Below, in pieces: positions 10,752-20,386 of a stretch of DNA of 59,784 nt. Under the pieces are notes generated by a model, which was not told the DNA's origin, made no database searches, and was given only the letters and a program-made list of their open reading frames with translations. A program made the translations under genes and the position numbers. How positions within the stretch are numbered: the stretch's first letter is position 1; every line of letters begins with the position of its first letter. This DNA comes from an uncultured Alphaproteobacteria bacterium. GTDB lineage: Bacteria > Pseudomonadota > Alphaproteobacteria > Caedimonadales > UBA9215. The DNA lies in the NCBI GenBank assembly GCA_963974885.1, contig CAXBEY010000002.1, positions 1 through 59,784 of the forward strand, given 5' to 3'.

Positions 10752-11483
10752 TTGCCGCATGCTGCTAGTACCTTTGAGACCCTATCGGATTTAAAAGAGT
10801 ATATTCAAGCCGATGAGAGTTTGGCTGCAATTCGTCGTTTTGCTAAGGAAAAATTGGGAAGTACCAATGATCCTGGCCATGATATTTCCCACTGCTTAAG
10901 GGTTGCCATTTTTGCCCTTCGCTTTGCCCAAGGAAAGTGCGAGGTGAGAAATGTTATTGCGGCGGCTCTTTTGCATGATGTTATCAACCTGCCAAAAGAC
11001 GATCCAAATTCAAAAAATGCAAGTGAGCTCTCTGCCCAAGTCGCCAGAGATTTTCTGGCTCCCCTCGAGTTTTCACAGAGTGACATAGAGGATATTGCTT
11101 GTGCTGTGCGGGATCATAGTTATAGTCGTGGTGCAAAACCTGCGTCGCTTTTAGGAGAAGTCATTCAAGATGCAGATCGTATCGAGGCTTTGGGAATGCT
11201 CGGTATTTTCCGCTCTATATCCGTTGGTACACAATTAACAGCCTCGTTTTTTCATCCCCATGACCCTTGGGCAGAGAGACGAGAGTTGGATGATAAAAAA
11301 TACAGTATTGACCATTTTTTTGTAAAGCTTTCCAAGTTGCCTGAGCAGATGAATACGGACATGGCAAAACGCTTGGCCTATGAACGGTGTGCGTCTATGG
11401 TTTGGATGTTTGAACATTTGGGTGAGGAAATTGGCCATTCTTGGCCTTATGATCCCCACCAAATTTACCTTAGCAAAAGTTAG
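10752..11483 (+). CDS. HD-domain metal-dependent phosphohydrolase
   Basis: His and HD motifs (HDISHCLRV, LLHDV, DADRIEALG). Start set at TTG 10752, 7 nt after AGGAGG (10739-10744). The ORF-track N-terminus (from 10464) reads through the tRNA and is spurious. Confidence 0.7.
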   Translation: MPHAASTFETLSDLKEYIQADESLAAIRRFAKEKLGSTNDPGHDISHCLRVAIFALRFAQGKCEVRNVIAAALLHDVINLPKDDPNSKNASELSAQVARDFLAPLEFSQSDIEDIACAVRDHSYSRGAKPASLLGEVIQDADRIEALGMLGIFRSISVGTQLTASFFHPHDPWAERRELDDKKYSIDHFFVKLSKLPEQMNTDMAKRLAYERCASMVWMFEHLGEEIGHSWPYDPHQIYLSKS

Positions 11484-11488
11484 CCGCT

Positions 11489-12619
11489 CTATTTTCTTTC
11501 AGCTTTTTCCAAAGCGTCCAGCAGGACATAAACAGCTTTTGATTTAATGCCTTTGTCCATGAGTTTATTGAGGGCATCATGGGCAGGACCCCATAATTGC
11601 GCCTTGGTAGCGTAGGTAGCTGTTGCCAGATAACTCTCAGGATGATCCGGAGCAAAGCTCACAAGATTTTGAATGGATTTGAATTTCTCAAGGTCCGTCT
11701 TCGTGCCTTTGATATCTAAATAAACTTGCAAATAACTATCTTGAGGGCCTGTTTGCCAGGCTTTTTCAAGGGCTTTTGCCGCGGCCCTTTCTTTACCTAC
11801 ATCTCGAAGTAATTTAATATGCAGTGATACTAAATCCTGTTGGTCCGGCGTAATTTTAAGAGCTTGCTCTGTAAATTCAAGGGCTTGGCGATGGTTATTT
11901 TTACTGCGTTCCTCTTGGGCAAGGTGGTAGAGGGCGATACTTTTCTTTTTCATGAGGGAAACAGAGTGGGGATTTTTTTTCAAAAGAAGCGTGATTTCTC
12001 TGAGAGCTCGTCCATAGTTTTGTGTTTCAAGGGAGAGGTTAGCAATTTTTTTCCGAATAGGGAGGGCTTCGGGATTTTGAGCCAAAGCAAGGTCTCCATA
12101 AACAATAGCTTTAGGCAAATCTTGTTGGGTTAGGGCAAGGCGCATGAGGCCATAATAACCTGCAAAAGCCATGGAATCATGCTGTGTCAGGGTTTTAAAA
12201 AGAGCACTGGCCTTTGGATAATCTTGGTTTAAAAGGGCTGCTTCTCCTCGAAAGAAAAAATTGAGAGGACTTATTTTTAAAAAAGACCCAACATATTTCC
12301 CCGTTTTCTTTAAGAGTTTTGAGTCTTGCGCAAGATAGGCAACTAGACTGTCCTCAATGGCATGAACCCCCCGCATTTGATTATATTTTGCATAGCGCGC
12401 TCTAAAGAAAGCGGGGAGATGGAAAATATTTAAAATAAACCGGACAAGGGTATAAAAAAGGGCAACCAAGAGGCTGGTTAACAGTAAGAAAATTGCAATG
12501 CTCATTTCAAGGCGATAGCCTAGCCAGTCAATTCGGAGGTCACCAGGATTTTGTTGATACCAAAAGGCCAAAAGAGTAAAAAGGGCAACTTGGATAAGAA
12601 TAAAGAGAAGTGTGCGCAT
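11489..12619 (-). CDS. HemY-like membrane TPR protein (HemY_N domain)
   Basis: Two N-terminal TM helices followed by TPR-like repeats. Last gene of the hemC-hemD-mic60-hemY-like arrangement. Confidence 0.75.
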   Translation of the reverse strand: MRTLLFILIQVALFTLLAFWYQQNPGDLRIDWLGYRLEMSIAIFLLLTSLLVALFYTLVRFILNIFHLPAFFRARYAKYNQMRGVHAIEDSLVAYLAQDSKLLKKTGKYVGSFLKISPLNFFFRGEAALLNQDYPKASALFKTLTQHDSMAFAGYYGLMRLALTQQDLPKAIVYGDLALAQNPEALPIRKKIANLSLETQNYGRALREITLLLKKNPHSVSLMKKKSIALYHLAQEERSKNNHRQALEFTEQALKITPDQQDLVSLHIKLLRDVGKERAAAKALEKAWQTGPQDSYLQVYLDIKGTKTDLEKFKSIQNLVSFAPDHPESYLATATYATKAQLWGPAHDALNKLMDKGIKSKAVYVLLDALEKAERK

Positions 12620-12633
12620 GACAAAGGCCTATT

Positions 12634-13707
12634 TTAGAGGTTATGTTGAAACAAGGCTTGTTTAGTTTTGGAGATAATCTTGTGAGATGAGTCGTAGGCC
12701 TTTGCATGTGAAAGCCATGAGGTGACTATGTCATCTTTGTTTTGCAGGTCATCAATTTCTTTAATGACGCTTTCTACATCGCCCTTTCTAAGGCGTGCTC
12801 TATAAGGTTTTATGTCTGTTTCATTGTCCAGCCCTTGAGTCTCGGGGCTCATTTTTTCGATATGGACAAGCTGCCCTAAAAAGGCCTGGCTTCTTTCAAG
12901 AAAGGTTTTAGAATTTTTAAAGGCTTCCCTTTGTTTTAAAAGACGTTCAACTTCTTTAAAATTTTTAATAAGGTAGGAAAGATTAGGCACACCAACGGGC
13001 GCGTATTCCTCTAAAATGGCATAGTCTTCCGTGGACAGAATATCTTTGAGTGTAGAGAGCTCTTTGACAAAGGGAAGACCTTGGTAGAAACGACCTTGCA
13101 GATCCTGTAGGTTACTAAGGGCGTATAAAAGACGCTTATTCCCAGGGGATACTCCTGTATTTTCTCTCTTCTCAGTTTCAGCCAGGGGGGAAAGTTCACT
13201 GAGCTTTTCCTCTAAGGCTTTCATCCTCTCTTGGAGATTTTTTAGAGCCTCACTTTCAGGCACTGATGGGTCAGGTTTCGTTGCAATAGGTAAAGAGGAT
13301 CCATAGGCATCTGATGTTGGAGAAGGGGCTTCTTGGGAGGTAGGTGGTATTGGGTCATTTTGCTTTTCACCTTTATCACTACTGCTAGCAGGTGTTCCAG
13401 CGTTATAATTCCCGAGAGTTTCTGAAAAGTTTTCCGGGTCATCTTGAGGAATATCCACCGTTGCATCAAGGGGGCTTTGGTCCGTAAATGTTGTTTTGAC
13501 AAAGGGATAATATTTTGTGATATATCCTTTTTGATACAGGTAAATACCTCCGACAATGATTAATAGAATCACAACCATAAAAAGATTAACTGTTTTACGG
13601 GGAGATGTTTTAGGAGGCGTTGTTTTATTTTTTTCAGTCGTAGGAGGAACGCTTTTTTCTTCTGGGTGAGAGGTATTTTTCTGTGGATTATTTTTCTTCT
13701 GGGTCAT
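12634..13707 (-). CDS. alphaproteobacterial Mic60 (mitofilin-domain) homologue
   Basis: N-terminal TM helix (LFMVVILLIIVGGIYLY), a Pro/Ser-rich linker, a coiled coil (LKNLQERMKALEEKLSEL) and a C-terminal mitofilin-like block (RLRKGDVESVIKEIDDL...WLSHAKAY). Diagnostic synteny between hemD and the hemY-like gene. Confidence 0.65.
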   Translation of the reverse strand: MTQKKNNPQKNTSHPEEKSVPPTTEKNKTTPPKTSPRKTVNLFMVVILLIIVGGIYLYQKGYITKYYPFVKTTFTDQSPLDATVDIPQDDPENFSETLGNYNAGTPASSSDKGEKQNDPIPPTSQEAPSPTSDAYGSSLPIATKPDPSVPESEALKNLQERMKALEEKLSELSPLAETEKRENTGVSPGNKRLLYALSNLQDLQGRFYQGLPFVKELSTLKDILSTEDYAILEEYAPVGVPNLSYLIKNFKEVERLLKQREAFKNSKTFLERSQAFLGQLVHIEKMSPETQGLDNETDIKPYRARLRKGDVESVIKEIDDLQNKDDIVTSWLSHAKAYDSSHKIISKTKQALFQHNL

Positions 13708-14371
13708 TTTTGTATCCTACAAGTAAGTTAAGCAAGCTTTGGTGTGTTGGGTCCGCTGCTATTAAAATCTCTTTAAAATCAAAAGCTTCTGCCTGTTTAG
13801 CTATATCTTGGCTGAGGGCAAGCAGTATTATATTTTTAAAGTCTATCTTATTTTTCATTAAAAGTTGATTTAAAATTTTAATAGACCGCTCAGAATAAAG
13901 AGGAATATGTGTAATATGTTTTTCTTGAAGGGCTTTTAGGGCGTTTGAAGAGAAGGTTTTCTGGGCAATAGCTTCATAGCAAATCAATTTATGGCAAGAG
14001 GATAAGTGCTCTGAAAAATCAAGACTTGAGACGTTTCCCGCAAGATAGAGTAAGTTTTTAAAAGGGTTTTCTATGCGCAGTTTTTCTAAAAGTTGTCTGG
14101 CGGTGGGGGCTGTTGTAACGTTACAAAATCCACGGTCTTTCAGGGACTCTAATGTATGGGAGCCCACACAATAAATCGGTGTGTTTTTGGAAACATTTTT
14201 AAGGGCTGGAAGGGCATTTTTGCTACTAAAACAAAGGGCGTCGTGCTTTGGTAAAACAATAGGATGGGGGATGATTTTAAGAACAGGAGAGATCATCACC
14301 TGGTAACCTAAATTTTGGAAATCAGGCGCAACGCGTTTTGAGTCAGGCTCTGGCCGTGTTAAGAGAATCAT
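13688..14371 (-). CDS. hemD: uroporphyrinogen-III synthase
   Basis: 227 aa, starts 1 nt after the hemC stop. The call rests mainly on size and conserved hemC-hemD synteny; the family has weak motifs. Confidence 0.7.
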   Translation of the reverse strand: MILLTRPEPDSKRVAPDFQNLGYQVMISPVLKIIPHPIVLPKHDALCFSSKNALPALKNVSKNTPIYCVGSHTLESLKDRGFCNVTTAPTARQLLEKLRIENPFKNLLYLAGNVSSLDFSEHLSSCHKLICYEAIAQKTFSSNALKALQEKHITHIPLYSERSIKILNQLLMKNKIDFKNIILLALSQDIAKQAEAFDFKEILIAADPTHQSLLNLLVGYKNDPEEK

Positions 14372-14372
14372 G

Positions 14373-15341
14373 CTAAAGACCGTGTTGATTGAGCCATTTC
14401 TTCATTTCTTGGCCAAGTCGAGAAATGTCTTGGGGGGCAGTTTTTTTTGTAAGAGATAAATTTTCCCGCCAGAGGTGCTTGCCATCAAGGGTTGCGACAC
14501 AAGCAACAAAGTCAACATGGTCTTGGTTAAAGGTTACAAGGGCCCCAACGGGCGTCCCGCAATGACCATCAATATGCTCTAAAAATGTGCGTTCTAACTG
14601 CACGGTCTCGAAACTTAGTTTATGGTTGAGCCGTTGAAGAAGCTCAACAGTCGGGGCGTTTTCCTTGAGACACACCGTACCAATAGCGCCTTGGGCAGCA
14701 CAAGGTGTGATCTCTTGGGGAGAAAAAATCTGGCAGGCCTTTTGTTCTAAACCCATACGGTTTAACCCTGCAAGAGCAAGCATTGTTGCTGTGGCCTCCT
14801 TTGTTTCAATCTTTTTAAGGCGGGTTTGTATATTGCCTCGAAAAAGTGTTGTTTGAAGGTCAGGGCGCAGATGCAACAGTTGGGACGTACGCCGCAAAGA
14901 ACAGGTGCCAAAAAGGGACTTTGGGGGGAGGTTATCTAAGGTTTGATTGCCCTGACTAATGAGGGCATCTCGGGGGTCTTCCCGCTCTAAAATAGCGGCC
15001 AGTTGAAAGGCAGGAGGGAGCCACGTTTCACAGTCTTTCATGGAATGCACCGCAATATCAATGCGACCATCCACAAGGGCTAGGTCGATTTCCTTTGTAA
15101 AAAGAGCTTTGCCACCGACCTCACTGAGGCGCCGGTCAAGGATTTTATCACCGGTTGTTTTGATTTTTATAATCTCAAATTCATAGGGTGCACCCAGGCT
15201 TTGGGCATCCTGTGCCAGGAGATTTTGCACAAGGTGGGCTTGATAGAGGGCAAGGGCGCTTTCTCTGGTACCAATCTTTAGAATCTGTGACCCCCTTTTT
15301 TTGCCCTGTATATCCTGTTTTAAGTTTTCTTCTGAAGCCAT
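14373..15341 (-). CDS. hemC: hydroxymethylbilane synthase (porphobilinogen deaminase)
   Basis: LKIGTRESALALYQA N-terminal motif and the dipyrromethane Cys region. Start set at ATG 15341 (MASEEN). The ORF extension to 15422 would leave only 9 nt to the divergent tsaD. Confidence 0.9.
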   Translation of the reverse strand: MASEENLKQDIQGKKRGSQILKIGTRESALALYQAHLVQNLLAQDAQSLGAPYEFEIIKIKTTGDKILDRRLSEVGGKALFTKEIDLALVDGRIDIAVHSMKDCETWLPPAFQLAAILEREDPRDALISQGNQTLDNLPPKSLFGTCSLRRTSQLLHLRPDLQTTLFRGNIQTRLKKIETKEATATMLALAGLNRMGLEQKACQIFSPQEITPCAAQGAIGTVCLKENAPTVELLQRLNHKLSFETVQLERTFLEHIDGHCGTPVGALVTFNQDHVDFVACVATLDGKHLWRENLSLTKKTAPQDISRLGQEMKKWLNQHGL

Positions 15342-15431
15342 TTTTTCTATGGTTTTTCTTTTTTTTATATCGCGTCCCTTATAAAATGCTTTATTAATGA
15401 AGAAAATAAAAGAGAAAACCATAGATCGAAG

Positions 15432-16466
15432 ATGATTATTTTAGGAATTGAGACAAGTTGTGATGAAACGGCCGTTGCCCTTGTCAGTGATGATCGGCGC
15501 ATTTTAGCCCATCGTGTTTTTACTCAATTGGAAGAACATGAGGCTTTTGGGGGTGTTGTCCCCGAGGTCGCGGCCAGAGCACACTTACAATTATTAGACC
15601 CTCTCCTAAGGCAAACTTTGAAGGATGCTGATTTGAGTTTGATTGATATCGATGGCGTAGCGGTGACTTGTGGCCCTGGTTTAATCGGGGGGGTTATGGT
15701 TGGTGTGATGATGGGAAAAAGTATTGCGGCGGTTCATAATAAGCCCTTTTTAGCTATCAATCACCTAGCAGGCCATGCTCTTGTGCCTCGCTTGAGCCAT
15801 GATTTATCTTTTCCCTACTTGTTGCTTCTTGTTTCTGGGGGGCATTGTCAGATTGTCATTGTGAAATCTGCCCTTGATTTTGATGTATTGGGATCAACCC
15901 AAGATGATGCGGTGGGGGAGTGTTTTGATAAGTGTGCCAAGATGATGGGTTTGCCTTATCCTGGTGGCCCTAACGTTGAAAAAGCCGCTCTAACCGGTGA
16001 TCAAAAGCGTTTTCAACTCCCTCGCCCTTTAAAGGGCCGGATTAAGGACGGGATGGCCTGCCAATTTTCTTTTTCAGGATTGAAATCAGCTGTGCGGCGT
16101 GAAATTGAGAAAGTAGGGGATTCTTTCTCTCCCCAAGATGCTTCTGATTTAAGTGCAAGCTTGCAACTGGCGATCTCAGATACTTTACGGGATCGTTTAA
16201 AAAATGCCCTAAAACAATGTAAGGAAGGGTCTCAAGAATTGACCGCCCTTGTTGTGTCAGGTGGGGTTGCGGCCAATGAATTTCTGCGCGACAATCTCAA
16301 GGAACTTGCCCAGGATTTTGGGTTGCCTTTTGTGGCACCGCCCCTTAACTTATGTACAGATAATGGGGTGATGATTGCTTGGGCTGGTGTTGAGAAAATG
16401 CAACAGGGTTCCGTGGATCAACTGGATTTTAAACCTCGCCCCCGTTGGCCTTTAAATGAGCTTTAA
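15432..16466 (+). CDS. tsaD: tRNA N6-adenosine threonylcarbamoyltransferase TsaD
   Basis: GIETSCDET N-terminus and metal-site His pair (NHLAGHAL). Kae1/Gcp family, 344 aa. Confidence 0.95.
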   Translation: MIILGIETSCDETAVALVSDDRRILAHRVFTQLEEHEAFGGVVPEVAARAHLQLLDPLLRQTLKDADLSLIDIDGVAVTCGPGLIGGVMVGVMMGKSIAAVHNKPFLAINHLAGHALVPRLSHDLSFPYLLLLVSGGHCQIVIVKSALDFDVLGSTQDDAVGECFDKCAKMMGLPYPGGPNVEKAALTGDQKRFQLPRPLKGRIKDGMACQFSFSGLKSAVRREIEKVGDSFSPQDASDLSASLQLAISDTLRDRLKNALKQCKEGSQELTALVVSGGVAANEFLRDNLKELAQDFGLPFVAPPLNLCTDNGVMIAWAGVEKMQQGSVDQLDFKPRPRWPLNEL

Positions 16467-16481
16467 CAGGAGAAAACAGTA

Positions 16482-17477
16482 ATGACAAAGAAAGTGACGG
16501 TTTTAGGGGCAGGCGCCTGGGGAACAGCCCTTGCCTTGCAAGCTCATTATGCCGATAATGATGTAACCCTATGGGCTTATTTAAAGGAAGAAAAAGAGGA
16601 AATTGAGCAATATGGTGAGAACAAAAGTCGTCTTCCTGGTGTAAAAATTCCCCAAGAAATTTCTGTGACCTGTGATTTGGCCAAAGCTGCCCAAGGGGAT
16701 ATTTTATTGGTGGTTACACCAGCTCAGGCCATTCGAGGTTTTTTAACGGACTTGAAAGCTCATTTAAAACCAGAGACCCTTGTTGTTTTTTGCTCCAAGG
16801 GCATAGAGATTTCATCGGGAGACCTTATTAGCGAGGTTTGTGCCGATGCTATTCCAACAACCTCCATTGCTATTTTATCGGGCCCTAACTTTGCAAAAGA
16901 AATTGCAACGGGGGCTCCTGGAGCTGCAACTCTGGCGGCTGCAACGCTGAGAGAGGCAAGGGAGTTGGCAGATATTTTGAGTTCTCCAACCTTTCGCATT
17001 TATCCCAGTGATGATATTATGGGGACTCAGGTGGGAGGCGCTCTCAAAAACGTTGTCGCCATTGCCTCTGGGATGGTTAGCGGTGCCGGTTTTGGTGAAA
17101 ACCTAAGGGCTGCACTCATCACCCGAGGTTTAGAAGAAATGGCTCGTTTTGGAGAGGTAAAAGGGGCCAAGCGGGAAACATTTATGGGACTTTCTGGCAT
17201 GGGAGATTTGATTTTGTGCTCGATGTCACAGACGTCTCGGAATATGAATTTTGGGTTTGATATAGGAAAGGGCGGCAGCTCAAAGGCCTTATTGGACAAG
17301 GGACAAGTCCTCACAGAAGGCGCCCACACAGTAAAAGCGGTGCGTCAACTCACCCGCGGTCAAAATATTGATATGCCCATTTGTGAGGCCGTTTATCGGG
17401 TTCTTTATGAAGACAAGAGCATTAAAGGCGAGTTGGCAACATTGTTAATGCGCCCCTCTGTCCCTGAGATTGTTTAG
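16482..17477 (+). CDS. gpsA: NAD(P)H-dependent glycerol-3-phosphate dehydrogenase
   Basis: Rossmann motif LGAGAWGTALA, GGALKNV motif, 331 aa. Confidence 0.95.
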   Translation: MTKKVTVLGAGAWGTALALQAHYADNDVTLWAYLKEEKEEIEQYGENKSRLPGVKIPQEISVTCDLAKAAQGDILLVVTPAQAIRGFLTDLKAHLKPETLVVFCSKGIEISSGDLISEVCADAIPTTSIAILSGPNFAKEIATGAPGAATLAAATLREARELADILSSPTFRIYPSDDIMGTQVGGALKNVVAIASGMVSGAGFGENLRAALITRGLEEMARFGEVKGAKRETFMGLSGMGDLILCSMSQTSRNMNFGFDIGKGGSSKALLDKGQVLTEGAHTVKAVRQLTRGQNIDMPICEAVYRVLYEDKSIKGELATLLMRPSVPEIV

Positions 17478-17506
17478 TCCTTTATTTTAAGAGAGAGCAA
17501 AAAAAT

Positions 17507-17917
17507 ATGAATTATTGGTTGATTAAATCAGAGCCTAATACGTGGTCTTGGGCAGATCAAAAACGTGTTGGGACTGAACCCTGGGATGGGGTGCGTAATT
17601 ATCAAGCGGCCAATAATATGAAAGCCATGAAAAAGGGGGATTTAGCTTTTTTTTACCACTCGGTTAAAGAACGGAAAATTGTTGGTATTGTTGAAGTCGT
17701 TAAAGAATACTATCCTGACCCAACGGATGACACAGGGCGCTTTGGCATGGTAGATTTTAAAGCTCTGGAAGATGTAAAATATCAAGTGACTCTCCAAGAG
17801 ATAAAGGATGATCCACGCTTGACCCATTTGGCCTTGGTGAAACAATCAAGGCTGTCGGTTTCTCCCGTGGACCAAGAGGCATGGCGCATTATATATAACA
17901 AGGCTCAAGAACGATAA
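17507..17917 (+). CDS. EVE (PUA-like) domain protein
   Basis: MNYWLIKSEPNTWSW... and GDLAFFYHS are typical of the EVE domain family. 136 aa. Confidence 0.8.
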   Translation: MNYWLIKSEPNTWSWADQKRVGTEPWDGVRNYQAANNMKAMKKGDLAFFYHSVKERKIVGIVEVVKEYYPDPTDDTGRFGMVDFKALEDVKYQVTLQEIKDDPRLTHLALVKQSRLSVSPVDQEAWRIIYNKAQER

Positions 17918-17931
17918 TTGTGAGGTTTTAA

Positions 17932-19701
17932 GTGAATATCCCCCTAAAAAAGTTACCCCTAGAAAAATTGAAGAATTTGAAAAACAAGGGAAAGGAGCTT
18001 ACGCCCCACCTTGCTAAAATTGATAAGCGGTTTTTGATTTTTACCCACGATGTCATCGCTCTTTTTGCGGCCATGCAACTTGCTATGTGGTTTGTGATGA
18101 GGGATGATTTATCTCTTTTATCCTATGGGTTTATTTTTAAGCAGTCCCTTATTTTTGCCCTTATCTCGAGTGGTTTCTTTTTATGGTTCCAAACCTATAA
18201 AGGCGTTTGGCGGTATGTTTCTTGGCGCCAATCTGCCTTAATTATCGGTGTTTTAGGCTTTGCATCATTGATTTTCTTTCCTTTGATGACTAAAGCCCAT
18301 ATGCAGCCGATTTCGATTCCTAATTTGGTTGTTTTAGTTAATTGGGTGATGGCCAGTACGTTGCTCATCGGCTCTCGGGTTTTCTTTCGTATTTTTTACG
18401 AGCGTTGGTTGACCGGCGACGATAGCGCCCTTGCCGATACCCCTGTTTCCCGGATTATTTTGGTGGGAGCAGGGCCTTCAACAAATAATTTTTTGACTGA
18501 GCTTAAGCATAAAAAACAGTACCTGTATGACGTGATCGGCATCGTTGAGAGTGACCCCAAAGTGGGAGCTTCTCTTCACGGTGTTGACATTTTAGGGTCT
18601 TTAGCAGACTTGCCAGATTTAATTGAGAATTTTAATTCAGAAGGGATGCACCCTCATCATATTGTCATAACAGACTCTTCTTATTTAGGCTCAAAGGTGC
18701 GGTCTCTTTTGTCAAATCTAGCCTCCTTTAAAGTGGATTTTATGACATTATCTGAGGATAAAAGCGCCTTAGTTCCCCTCGCAATTGAAGATGTTTTTTA
18801 TGAAGACCAAAAAGCCTTTTCCTCAGGAAATTTCTCAGAAAAGTGCATTCTGATTTATGGAGTGACCTGTGCTTTAGGGCAAGAATTTGTGAAACTTCTT
18901 TCTAAAAATTCAAAGGTAAAGATCATTTTGTGGGATCAAAATGTGCAAGCCCTTCTTGATCTTAAAAAACGTCTTGGTGTAAAAGGTCAGCAAAATCCGG
19001 TCACTTTTTTATCAAAAGCGTCTTACAGTAAAGAACAGCTTACCTCTTATTTAAAACAACAAAAAGTTGATGTGTTCATTAACCTAAAAGCTTTTTCAGC
19101 AGCGGCAGCCGAACCCCTTGATTCGTCGCTTTCTTTTGAGGTGTACGTGGAAGAAAATGAACACTTCTCAAAAATTGCTCAAGAGGCAGGTGTGAAAAAT
19201 TACTTCTTTATGACGCAGAAAGCGCCCCACTGTCACCTTGCAACGCGCCTCATGTTCCTAAGTAACCACATCTTAAAAGCGCGTTCAACCCAGTCAAAAT
19301 TGTCTTGTGCTATGATTAATCTGCCTTATATTCTTCATGGAGGAGACCATTTGTTCCAGGGTCGAGGACATTATCAACTCCCTCAAGACTCACTCTCTGT
19401 CACAACGCCAGCCTACGGCGCTTATATGATGGGGTGTATTGTCGAAGCTATTTTAGGAAAAGAGTCCCAAAGCACCCACGGCATTAAAAGCGATTTTAAG
19501 ATGGAAACCGTTTCTTATGAGGTTCTTGCCCAGTTTTTTTCTCTTCTGAATCATCAGGCTCCTATGCCAACGTACAGTACTGAGCCAAAGGGAGCGCCGT
19601 CTATTTCTTGGAATGATAAAGCTTACAGAGAGCTACAAGGTGCCCTTTCCTTAATGGATTATGGAGAGGCCAGCGAGTGCCTGGAAAAATTTTATGTTTA
19701 A
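17932..19701 (+). CDS. membrane CapD/PglF/WbpM-like protein with degenerate dehydratase domain
   Basis: N-terminal TM bundle with the YKGVWRYVSW motif, a first Rossmann-like ILVGAGPS, then a C-terminal domain colinear with Polysacc_synt_2 but with altered cofactor and catalytic motifs. GTG start. Confidence 0.65.
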   Translation: MNIPLKKLPLEKLKNLKNKGKELTPHLAKIDKRFLIFTHDVIALFAAMQLAMWFVMRDDLSLLSYGFIFKQSLIFALISSGFFLWFQTYKGVWRYVSWRQSALIIGVLGFASLIFFPLMTKAHMQPISIPNLVVLVNWVMASTLLIGSRVFFRIFYERWLTGDDSALADTPVSRIILVGAGPSTNNFLTELKHKKQYLYDVIGIVESDPKVGASLHGVDILGSLADLPDLIENFNSEGMHPHHIVITDSSYLGSKVRSLLSNLASFKVDFMTLSEDKSALVPLAIEDVFYEDQKAFSSGNFSEKCILIYGVTCALGQEFVKLLSKNSKVKIILWDQNVQALLDLKKRLGVKGQQNPVTFLSKASYSKEQLTSYLKQQKVDVFINLKAFSAAAAEPLDSSLSFEVYVEENEHFSKIAQEAGVKNYFFMTQKAPHCHLATRLMFLSNHILKARSTQSKLSCAMINLPYILHGGDHLFQGRGHYQLPQDSLSVTTPAYGAYMMGCIVEAILGKESQSTHGIKSDFKMETVSYEVLAQFFSLLNHQAPMPTYSTEPKGAPSISWNDKAYRELQGALSLMDYGEASECLEKFYV

Positions 19702-19718
19702 GGTAAGAGAGCTGTGTC

Positions 19719-20273
19719 ATGGTTGTCCCCGCGTTTAAAACAAAGCGCCTTATTTTAAAACCTATCACATTGGATGATGTACAAGCTTATGAAAAAGGAT
19801 TTGTAGATTATGAGGTTATCCGCCATTTAGCGGCTCATGTGCCGTGGCCCTATCCTAAGGGGGGAGTGCATGAGTTTCTTGCACATCATATTTTGCCTGC
19901 ACAAGGAAAAAGCAATTGGTGTTGGGGACTATTCTTAAAAGCAAACTCTAAAGACCTCATAGGTAGTCTTGAAATTCGCTTGAGCAAAACTGATAATCGA
20001 GGTTTTTGGCTTGCTAAGCAGCATTGGGGAAAAGGCTATATGAGCGAAGCCGTTGAGCCTGTCATGACCTATGCCTTTGAAGAGCTAAATTTTGAGAAAA
20101 TGATTTTTACCAATGCAAAAGGTAATCAACGCTCGAGGCGTATTAAGGAAAAAACAGGGGCAAAATTTATGAGCCTGAAACCGGTACAATTTATCGATCC
20201 CCAATATACTGAATCCGAGATTTGGGAGCTCACAAAGGCAGAGTGGACGGCCCATAAAAGTAAAGAAGATTAG
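19719..20273 (+). CDS. GNAT family N-acetyltransferase (RimJ/RimL-like)
   Basis: 184 aa with the acetyl-CoA region QHWGKGYMSEA and a typical GNAT beta-alpha layout. Confidence 0.8.
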   Translation: MVVPAFKTKRLILKPITLDDVQAYEKGFVDYEVIRHLAAHVPWPYPKGGVHEFLAHHILPAQGKSNWCWGLFLKANSKDLIGSLEIRLSKTDNRGFWLAKQHWGKGYMSEAVEPVMTYAFEELNFEKMIFTNAKGNQRSRRIKEKTGAKFMSLKPVQFIDPQYTESEIWELTKAEWTAHKSKED

Positions 20274-20278
20274 AGGAG

Positions 20279-20365
20279 AGCGCTCTTAAAACGTTCTCAC
20301 AGTTAAAACGCTCTTACAATTTCCTCACACATTTTCTTTGCATCACCAAAAAGCATCATGGTGTT
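20279..20365 (-). repeat. left copy of the pntB 3'-end direct repeat (24-nt mini-copy plus 63-nt copy)
   Basis: 20303-20365 matches 25555-25617 at 55/63 nt. 20279-20302 matches 25548-25571 at 19/24 nt. Both were aligned by hand. Confidence 0.85.
20303..20365 (-). pseudogene. pntB: orphan pntB 3' fragment (last 20 codons plus stop)
   Basis: The minus-strand translation NTMMLFGDAKKMCEEIVRAF-stop is identical to the C-terminus of the intact PntB (25555-26952). Upstream of it the frame is broken by indels and an in-frame TAA. Confidence 0.85.
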
Positions 20366-20386
20366 TTACGAAGAGAAAATCGCTTC

